Below are positions 18,912 through 25,349 of a stretch of DNA of 25,349 nt, piece by piece. Source of the DNA: Pseudomonadota bacterium (GTDB taxonomy: Bacteria > Bdellovibrionota_B > Oligoflexia > Oligoflexales > CAIYRB01); assembly GCA_031416315.1 (NCBI GenBank), contig JANOTL010000135.1, positions 1-25,349 of the forward strand. Reading direction: 5' to 3'. The position numbers and the translations under genes were made by a program. Every line of letters starts with the position of its first letter. Positions within the stretch are counted from its first letter, which is position 1. Under the pieces are notes generated by a model that was given only the letters and a program-made list of their open reading frames with translations, made no database searches and was not told the origin of the DNA.

Positions 18912-19615
18912 TCGAGATCCTTTACCGCGACGACGAGTTGATCGTCATCGCCAAGCCCAGCGGCATGCCGACGCATCCTTCGGCGATGTGCCGCGAGCGC
19001 GACACGGCGCTCGCGGCGGCGCGGGCCGCCGCCGGGCGTTGGGTTTACCCGGTGCATCGCCTCGATCGCGGCACGTCCGGCGTACTCGCGTTCGCCCTGT
19101 CGCCTGCGGTCGCCCGCCTCGTGCAAGCGCGTTTCATCGCCGGCGAAGTGGAAAAGCGCTATCTAGCGATCGTGCGCGGCCATGCGCCCGACTCGGCCAT
19201 GATCGACAAAGCCTTGCAGGAAGACGACCACCTTAAGCCGATGCCGGCAAAAACCGCGATGATTTGTTTATCCCGCGTCGAGCTGCCCTGGCCGATCGGC
19301 CGCTACGCCACCGCTCGCTACAGCCTCGTCGAGGCGCGCCCTCACACCGGACGGCACCGCCAGATCCGGAAGCACCTGCGCGGACTGGCGCATCCGATCG
19401 TCGGCGACACCGCGCTCGGCGACGGCGCACACAACCTCGCGTTTCGCGAGCGGCTCGGCGTCCACCGCCTTCTCCTGCATGCTGCCGAGCTCGCTATGCC
19501 GCATCCGCGGACGGGCGAGATTTTTCGCTTCAGCGCGCCCCCTGACGCCGCTTTCGCGTGCGCGCAAGCGATTTTTTCCGAGCTCCGCCAACCACGATCA
19601 AGCGACCGCCCCTGA
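18908..19615 (+). CDS. truC: tRNA pseudouridine(65) synthase TruC-like (RluA family)
   Basis: TTG start overlapping the upstream TGA; EILYRD, VHRLDRGTSGVL, ELPWPIGRYATARYSLV, TGRHRQIRKH, HPIVGD. Confidence 0.85.
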   Translation: MIEILYRDDELIVIAKPSGMPTHPSAMCRERDTALAAARAAAGRWVYPVHRLDRGTSGVLAFALSPAVARLVQARFIAGEVEKRYLAIVRGHAPDSAMIDKALQEDDHLKPMPAKTAMICLSRVELPWPIGRYATARYSLVEARPHTGRHRQIRKHLRGLAHPIVGDTALGDGAHNLAFRERLGVHRLLLHAAELAMPHPRTGEIFRFSAPPDAAFACAQAIFSELRQPRSSDRP

Positions 19616-19737
19616 TCTCCGCTAATCCTGCAAACCTTGCTTGCCCACATGTCCGTTCCGCTCCCGCCGAGGCCCTGGCACTAAACAGGCTTCGGAGAGC
19701 GAAGACCACCCCCGCTTATTTGCATTCGAGGTGACCC

Positions 19738-20181
19738 ATGTTGGAGATCGTGCCGCCCGTCTCTTTGCCGAAAGGGCCCGTGCCCGAGATGAGCCCCGTG
19801 TTTGGCCTGCGTTTCCCGGAGGACGGCCCGCGGCCGACACTCACGGTCTACGTTCGCGATCACCGCGTCCACGTCGGCGCCCAGTCCTTGGATCTCGCGC
19901 GCTCGCCGCATATGCTTCGGCTCTTCCGCGGCTTCTGCGGCGCGGGGGAACGTGGGTTGACCGCGGCCCACATCCTGTATTTTGCCTACGGCCTGAGCGA
20001 GGAGATGGGCTCGAGCGAGCGCATGGTCGGCTCGAAGCGCAGCTGCTCGGTCAAACTGATCAGCCGCGCCCGCATCGCCGCCGAGACCCACCTCACGGGC
20101 GCCCTCCTCGGTCGGATCGCCTGGTTCCCCTACGACGTCCGCAGCAAGTCGTGGCGCCTCGCCATGCTGCGTCCGTCGTGA
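19738..20181 (+). CDS. Hypothetical protein, probable stand-alone OmpR-type winged-helix DNA-binding domain
   Basis: GAGGT RBS; LRLFRGF...GLTAAHILYFAYG...SVKLISRAR helix pattern and terminal beta-hairpin-like WFPYD...WRL. Confidence 0.65.
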   Translation: MLEIVPPVSLPKGPVPEMSPVFGLRFPEDGPRPTLTVYVRDHRVHVGAQSLDLARSPHMLRLFRGFCGAGERGLTAAHILYFAYGLSEEMGSSERMVGSKRSCSVKLISRARIAAETHLTGALLGRIAWFPYDVRSKSWRLAMLRPS

Positions 20182-20237
20182 GGGCGCGTCGCGCTTTGGG
20201 GCGCCAGCAGGCCAATGATCCCGCCGCGGAGGCAAGC

Positions 20238-20924
20238 GTGTGCCGATACGCGCGCACGCCTTCCGTTGCCGATGCGCCCGTCGCCACGCCGCCGCCCATC
20301 GACGCCATTCCTCCGCGCGGAGCCCCGCAGACGGTCTTCCTCGTCGACCACGACGAAGGCGTCCGCGACGCTCTCGAAGCAACGCTCGTCAGCGCCGGGT
20401 ACGAGGTGGTCGCCTTCTCCGGCGGCCAGGAGTTTCTCGACGAAGGTTACGACGAGCCCGACGGCTGCCTCGTCCTTGACTTCGTCATGCCCGGCCTCGC
20501 CGGGGTCGCGCTCGTCGCGACGGTCCGGGCTCGTTTCCCTGATCTACCCGTCGTGGTCGTCACCGGCCACGGAGACGTCGACCACGCCGTCGGGGCGATG
20601 AAGGCCGGCGCCCTCGACTTCGTCATGAAACCCGTTTTTGGCGACCGCCTCCTGGAGGCCGTGGCGGCTTGCTTCCGCCACCGCGCTAAGAGCGTCGCGC
20701 GTAGGACGAGCCACGCGGAGTCCCGTGTCCGACTACGCCGCCTGTCGGCGCGCGAGCACCAGGTCGTCGACCTCGTCGTCTCGGGCATGCAGACGCGAGA
20801 TATCGCCACGAGCCTCGGCATCAGCCCGTATACCGTCGAGCATCACCGCTCTCGCTTGATGGCGAAGATGGGCGCGCCGACCCTGGCCGACCTGGTCCGG
20901 CGCGTCTGCGAGGCGGTCCTATGA
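20238..20924 (+). CDS. FixJ family response regulator (REC + LuxR HTH)
   Basis: VFLVDHD, CLVLDFVMPG, VTGHGD, AMKAGALDFVMKP, LSAREHQV, LGISPYTVEHHR; GTG 20238 preceded by GGAGG. Confidence 0.9.
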   Translation: MCRYARTPSVADAPVATPPPIDAIPPRGAPQTVFLVDHDEGVRDALEATLVSAGYEVVAFSGGQEFLDEGYDEPDGCLVLDFVMPGLAGVALVATVRARFPDLPVVVVTGHGDVDHAVGAMKAGALDFVMKPVFGDRLLEAVAACFRHRAKSVARRTSHAESRVRLRRLSAREHQVVDLVVSGMQTRDIATSLGISPYTVEHHRSRLMAKMGAPTLADLVRRVCEAVL

Positions 20925-20949
20925 GCCAGAGGGCATCGAGAAACGCTGT

Positions 20950-21035
20950 CCCTTTGCGCCGCCGCCGCTCTGCGATTCCTCTCAGGGCCGGGCATTCACC
21001 ATCGCAGAGGCGCGGAGGGGCGGAGAACGCAGGGG
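20950..21035. terminator. Long imperfect hairpin between convergent genes, possible terminator or 3' stabiliser
   Basis: CTCTGCGAT 20968-20976 pairs with ATCGCAGAG 21001-21009; outer arms near 20950-20958 and 21028-21035; no clear U-tract. Confidence 0.35.
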
Positions 21036-21058
21036 CGAGGGTCAGTCTTGACGGATTT

Positions 21059-21505
21059 TCAGAACGTCGCGTGCAGAGCATCTTGCGAGAGCGAGATCTC
21101 GCGGACGACTTCGGCCGTCTTCGCGGGGCTCGCGGCCTTGGCGATGTCGGCCTGCGCGATCATGCCCATGACGCGATTCTCGGCGTCGACGACGACGAGG
21201 CGGCGGATCTGGTTCGCCTCCATCGCGTCGCAGCAATCGTCGAGGCTCATGGTCTCGGTGACGCAGACGCAAGGTCCCGACATGCAGTCGCGCGCGGTCA
21301 GGCGTCGCGGCTCACGATCGACGGCGACGGCACGCATCACGATGTCGCGGTCGGTGATGATGCCGAGCGGGAGCCGCGTGCCCGCAGCGTCCACCACGGG
21401 GATCGCGCCGCAATCGTGCGTCGCCATCAGCCGGGCAATCTCGCCGAGGCTTGCGCTGGGCAGACAACAGACCGGATTCGGAGTCATGATCTCGCGAGCG
21501 TTCAT
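21059..21505 (-). CDS. CBS domain pair protein
   Basis: REIMTPNP, DCGAIPVV, GIITDRDI, QIRRLVVVD; GGAGG RBS. Confidence 0.93.
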   Translation of the reverse strand: MNAREIMTPNPVCCLPSASLGEIARLMATHDCGAIPVVDAAGTRLPLGIITDRDIVMRAVAVDREPRRLTARDCMSGPCVCVTETMSLDDCCDAMEANQIRRLVVVDAENRVMGMIAQADIAKAASPAKTAEVVREISLSQDALHATF

Positions 21506-21561
21506 CTTGGAAGCCTCCAGCTTGGGTCGAGTGATCGACGTTCAGCCGGAGCTTCCTGCAA

Positions 21562-21924
21562 CTACAGTGCCCGCAGCGCCGAGACCGCCGCGTTGCGGTC
21601 GAAGGGCTTCGCCAGCACGCCGTGGGCTCCAAGAGTACGCGCCGCATCAAGGTAGTCGTGCTGCCCGAACATGCCGCCGCCACTGACGGCGAGGATCTTC
21701 GTCCCAGGGTAGAGGCGTCTCACAGTGAGCACGACTTCGATGCCTTCGGTTTCCGGCATCACGAGATCCGTGACGACCACATCCACCGGGCCGCGGGCGT
21801 GCAAAATCTCTAAGCCGGCGCGCCCGTTCTCGGCGACGTCGACGGCGAAGCCCTCCTCCTCGAGCAGGAGGCGCAAGTACTCGCGAACGATGTACTCGTC
21901 GTCGATGACCAAAGCTTTTCTCAT
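21562..21924 (-). CDS. Single-domain response regulator (CheY-like)
   Basis: LVIDDE, VVVTDLVMP, AVSGGG, LAKPF. Confidence 0.93.
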   Translation of the reverse strand: MRKALVIDDEYIVREYLRLLLEEEGFAVDVAENGRAGLEILHARGPVDVVVTDLVMPETEGIEVVLTVRRLYPGTKILAVSGGGMFGQHDYLDAARTLGAHGVLAKPFDRNAAVSALRAL

Positions 21925-22018
21925 GCGACGTCCCCCGGTCCGGGATCTTCGTGCCTACCGGACCTTCTAACGCGGTACCCCGGTATAAGCACCTGTCTAA
22001 AAATCCATACAGCGGGCC

Positions 22019-22387
22019 TCAAACTCCGAGGAAGCGTAGCCAAGCATCCTCCTTGAAGCCGACCGCCTTCGCCTCACCGTCGATCAGGAGAAAGGGGCGT
22101 TTCACCAATCGACCGTTTGCTGCCAGCAACTCCAACGCCGCTTTTTCCGAGAGGTCGGGCAGCTGCGCGCTGAGCCCCTGCTCCCGATACGCCTGCCCCG
22201 AAGTGTTGAAAAGCGTCTTGAGCGCGCCGTCTTGCACGGCGAGCATCGCCTTCAGCTCGGCAGCGCTTGGCGCCTGCTCCGTGATGTCGATCTCTTCGAA
22301 CACCACGCCGCGCTTCGTCATGAAGGCGTAAGCTTTCCGACATGTGTCGCACTTGCGGTAGCCATACACTTTGATCATCGGCTTCAT
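22019..22387 (-). CDS. ArsC/Spx/MgsR family protein
   Basis: YGYRKCDTCRKA, LFNTSG, LVKRPFL, VGF. Start 22387 or 22378. Confidence 0.92.
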   Translation of the reverse strand: MKPMIKVYGYRKCDTCRKAYAFMTKRGVVFEEIDITEQAPSAAELKAMLAVQDGALKTLFNTSGQAYREQGLSAQLPDLSEKAALELLAANGRLVKRPFLLIDGEAKAVGFKEDAWLRFLGV

Positions 22388-22504
22388 CCTCTCATCCTAG
22401 CATGCAAGTTAGCGGCATGCATGGGGAAAGTATCGAAATTTGCGAGATTTTCCGGGTCCCCGACACCTTGTGCGCTCCCGCTCAGGAGGGGAGAATGGAC
22501 GAAT

Positions 22505-23146
22505 ATGCGAAGCCATTCGACTTTCGTCGTCGTCCTCGTCGTCCTGTCGGCCCTCGTCGGCTGCCGGCAGCCGACCTACCGTGCTCGTGCGGACTTCGAC
22601 ACGCCGCTCGTCCTCGACTGGAATCGCGACGGTCGCATCGCGACCCGCACGGCCACAGATGCGTCGCCGACCGCGTTCGACTTCGACGGCGACGGCCGGA
22701 CCGTGCTCGTCGACTGGCTCGCGCCGACCGAGCGCTTCTTAGCGCTCGACCTGGACCGCGACGGCTGGATCCGCGACGGCCGCGAGCTGTTCGGCGACGG
22801 CACGCGCCTGGCCGACGGCACGCGCGCCCCTGATGGCTTCGTCGCGTTGGCGCAGTGGGACGCGAACCATGACGGCCGTATCGACGCGCGGGACCCGGTC
22901 TTCTCGCATCTAGTCACGTGGTGCGACGCCGACGGCGACGGCAAGGGCTCGCCCGACGAGCTCGCCAGCTTGGCGGAAGCCGGCGTCGACGCGTTCCCGC
23001 TATCTTTCCGGCACGTGCCGCGCGGCTACGACCAGCTGGTGGGCTTCGGCAGCCGCGTCGCGCTCGCTGGGCGCTTCGCCGACGCCAGCGGTCGCCGCGG
23101 CTTGCTGCTCGACGTCGTCTTCCAGCATCTGCAAGTGCAGCCTTGA
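22505..23146 (+). CDS. Lipoprotein with calcium-binding domain homologous to the FrpC self-processing module
   Basis: Lipobox LVGC; PLVLDWNRDG, FDFDGDG, LDLDRDG...GRELFGDGTRLADG, GFVALAQWDANHDGRIDARD, WCDADGDG...ELASLAEAGV. Confidence 0.85.
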   Translation: MRSHSTFVVVLVVLSALVGCRQPTYRARADFDTPLVLDWNRDGRIATRTATDASPTAFDFDGDGRTVLVDWLAPTERFLALDLDRDGWIRDGRELFGDGTRLADGTRAPDGFVALAQWDANHDGRIDARDPVFSHLVTWCDADGDGKGSPDELASLAEAGVDAFPLSFRHVPRGYDQLVGFGSRVALAGRFADASGRRGLLLDVVFQHLQVQP

Positions 23147-23159
23147 AAGTGATCTATGA

Positions 23160-23306
23160 CGCTGGACCTGGACTTCTCGCAATCCCAGGCGGGACGCGAT
23201 CTTGTGCCTGATTTGGTGGAGCGCCTGGCAGAGCCGCAGGCATGACGTCGGCAACCACCGGACTTACTACCACTTTCCGACGCAAGCACGAAGTCCAGGT
23301 CCAGCG
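23160..23306. repeat. 147-bp element bounded by perfect 17-bp inverted repeats
   Basis: CGCTGGACCTGGACTTC at 23160-23176 and its exact reverse complement at 23290-23306. Confidence 0.9.
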
Positions 23307-23313
23307 ATGTCGA

Positions 23314-23790
23314 TCAGTATGAGGATTGCGGACTGCCGCGGGCTGCCAAGAGGTCACGGATCTCGGTGAGCAGAACCTCTTCCTTTGTCGGCACGACCGG
23401 CGCAGCCGCTTGCTCGATCGTGCGGCGGCGCGCGACCCAGCTCAGAAACTTCTGCGCGAACAAGAAGAGGGCGAGCGCGACGATGACGAAGTTCAAGACT
23501 TCGCCGAGGAAGAGGCCGTACGAGATATCTTTGCCGTTCACCACGAACTTCCACGCCAGATAGCTCTGCTCCGTCGGGAACAAGAGGCTGATCAACGGCA
23601 TGATGATGTGCTTCACGAGCGAGTCGACGATCTTGGCGAACGCCGCGCCGATGATCACGCCGATCGCCAGATCGACGACGTTGCCCCGCAAGGCGAACTT
23701 GCGAAATTCATCGAGGAAAGAGGTCGCCGTGCTGGCGCCCCATTGGCTCGCCTTGCGAAGGTTTGGTTGCGTGTCGGTGATGGTGGCCAT
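23314..23790 (-). CDS. mscL: Large-conductance mechanosensitive channel
   Basis: EFRKFALRGNVVDLAIGVIIGAAFAKIVDSLV, YGLFL, EEVLLTEIRDLL. Confidence 0.97.
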   Translation of the reverse strand: MATITDTQPNLRKASQWGASTATSFLDEFRKFALRGNVVDLAIGVIIGAAFAKIVDSLVKHIIMPLISLLFPTEQSYLAWKFVVNGKDISYGLFLGEVLNFVIVALALFLFAQKFLSWVARRRTIEQAAAPVVPTKEEVLLTEIRDLLAARGSPQSSY

Positions 23791-23866
23791 GCGGGATCTC
23801 CTTATGCAGAGGGCCGTTTAGCACTATGGAGCTGCGCGGCGCAAGCCGCCGTGCGATGCTGGCCTC

Positions 23867-24691
23867 GTGCTTAAGAATCGCCCACATTTGCGGTCGCTTA
23901 GCCTCGTCCCGGAACGCCTTCCCGCGCTCGGCGCGGGCTTCCCGTTCGACGTGCCGGTGGTCCGCGCCCTGGCCGCGTCCGAAGGCGGGCTGGCGCTCGA
24001 CGTGCCGGTGACCTTCTTCGTCGGCGAGAACGGCTCGGGCAAATCCACCCTGATGGAGGCGATGGCCGTCGCGCTCGGCAAGGTCGCGATCGGAGCCGAC
24101 GACGTCGAGCGCGACGTGACCCTTGCACCGGCGCGCGCGCTCGCCGAGGCCATGCGCTTCGTCTGGAACAAGAAGACGGCACGCGGCTTCTTTCTGCGCG
24201 CCGAGGACTTCTTCGGCTACGCGAAACGCTTGGGCGCCATGAGCTCCGAGCTGAAGGAGCTCGAGGAGGACTACGAGCGCACCCTCGAAGGCTTGGGTCG
24301 CCAGCTCGCCACCGGTCTCGTGCGAGGCCAAAGAGCGGCCCTCGATCAGCGCTACGGCAAGGGCCTGGATCGTCGCTCTCACGGCGAAAGCTTTCTCGAC
24401 CTCTTTCAGGCGCGCTTCGTGCCGGAGGGACTCTACCTCCTCGACGAGCCCGAGGCGCCGCTGTCGCCGACGCGGCAGCTGTCGCTGCTCGCGATGATCA
24501 AGGACATGGTCGGCCGCGGCGCCCAGTTCATCATCGCGACGCATGCGCCGCTCCTCATGGCATATCCCGGCGCGCGCATCTATGCCTTCGAGGGCGGGGC
24601 GCCAAGGCTCGTTCCATTCGACGAGGTCGAGCACGTCGAGGTCACCCGCGCCTTCTTGCGGGATCCCGAACAGTTTTTTCGCAAGCTTTAG
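23867..24691 (+). CDS. ABC-type ATPase, COG3910-like (no membrane partner adjacent)
   Basis: Walker A GENGSGKST, FFLRAE, SHGESFL, Walker B LYLLDEPE, FIIATH. Confidence 0.9.
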   Translation: MLKNRPHLRSLSLVPERLPALGAGFPFDVPVVRALAASEGGLALDVPVTFFVGENGSGKSTLMEAMAVALGKVAIGADDVERDVTLAPARALAEAMRFVWNKKTARGFFLRAEDFFGYAKRLGAMSSELKELEEDYERTLEGLGRQLATGLVRGQRAALDQRYGKGLDRRSHGESFLDLFQARFVPEGLYLLDEPEAPLSPTRQLSLLAMIKDMVGRGAQFIIATHAPLLMAYPGARIYAFEGGAPRLVPFDEVEHVEVTRAFLRDPEQFFRKL

Positions 24692-24705
24692 AGCCGTTGG
24701 TCCAG

Positions 24706-25080
24706 CTAGAGGCTCCCGCGAGCGTCCAGGAAGCTGGCCACCTTCAGGACACCACGGCGCTGAATCATGACGATGATCGGCTTGTCGCCCAGCGCCTCGT
24801 TCTCGCGGCGAATCCAGGCGCGCCAGTTGGTGTCGGCCTCGCCGAGGAGGGTCGACAGTCGCTTGATGATGCGCACCAAGGCGTCTGCACATTCCGCCTC
24901 GCCCGAAACGCCGTCGACGACGCGCGTGCCGGCGCGCATCGCCGCTAACGCGCCCTGAGGCACGCCGAGGATCGATGCGAGATCCGCGGGGCTTAAGGCG
25001 AGGCGACGCGCCGCCTCGAGCGCCGCTTTGGTGAGCAGCTCGGCCTTGCCCTGCTCCGCATCGCCACGTGTCTTCTGCAT
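24706..25080 (-). CDS. Xre/MbcA/ParS family antitoxin
   Basis: LLTKAALEAARRLALSPADLASILGV (Xre-like HTH), WIRRENEALGDKP, GVLKVASFLDA; GAGGAG RBS before ATG 25080. Confidence 0.88.
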   Translation of the reverse strand: MQKTRGDAEQGKAELLTKAALEAARRLALSPADLASILGVPQGALAAMRAGTRVVDGVSGEAECADALVRIIKRLSTLLGEADTNWRAWIRRENEALGDKPIIVMIQRRGVLKVASFLDARGSL

Positions 25081-25167
25081 GCCGGGCTCCTCGACAAAAA
25101 TCCGCGAGATCCGTAAAGTCCTTAACACAGAACCACAGATTCCTCACCTGCATCAGGAGACCTTGCA

Positions 25168-25349
25168 ATGCGCCTCGCGCCGTCGCTCGCCCTCATTTTG
25201 TCGCTGTTCGCCGCGCCTGCATTCGCCGATGACGAGCCTTCGCAATCCGGAACCGGCAAAGCCGCGGTCGCCAAGGAGCCCCCGCCGGCCGAGAAGCCGA
25301 GCGACAGCGCCAGCAATCGCACCGGCAAGATCGCCTACGTCGGCGTCGA
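25168..25349 (+). CDS. Secreted hypothetical protein, 5' part only
   Basis: AGGAG RBS, MRLAPSLALILSLFAAPAFA-DDEP signal peptide, open to the window end. Confidence 0.8.
   Translation, partial: MRLAPSLALILSLFAAPAFADDEPSQSGTGKAAVAKEPPPAEKPSDSASNRTGKIAYVGV

Noticed and set aside
19641..20237. 427-aa version of the FixJ regulator
   Set aside because: Arg/Pro-rich off-frame translation overlapping the 19738-20181 gene.
23160..23306. Retron msr-msd or DGR component
   Set aside because: No reverse transcriptase in the window and no template/variable repeat pair seen.
23708..25168. 486-aa minus-strand ORF
   Set aside because: Shadow of the ATPase and out of frame with the antitoxin; no motifs.

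Overview
GC-rich bacterial chromosomal window with about 25 genes; the gene families suggest Bdellovibrionota/Oligoflexia or a related former deltaproteobacterial lineage (inference only). No CRISPR array, tRNA, rRNA, integrase or transposase was seen. Left to right: a lipoprotein M4/M36-like zinc metalloprotease ending in a collagen-like (Gly-Ala-Thr)n tail that runs off the window and is absent from the ORF track; a di-heme cytochrome c peroxidase; a small COX4-like membrane protein; a minus-strand run of M14 carboxypeptidase, SprT-DUF2786, EamA and O-methyltransferase genes divergent from a LysR-type HTH/cysteine-hydrolase fusion; a lipoprotein-RluA-methyltransferase operon; a collapsed TolC/RND efflux relic; DUF2721-SpoIID; an exosortase O with its TIGR02921-type PEP-CTERM target behind a perfect cre-tag, followed by truC; a kinase-less regulator cluster; ArsC/Spx; a lipoprotein resembling the FrpC self-processing module; mscL; a COG3910-like ATPase; an orphan Xre/MbcA antitoxin; and the start of a secreted protein. 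Two intergenic segments (8608-8700, 23160-23306) have unexplained long-range base pairing. All assignments come from reading motifs by eye; no searches were run.
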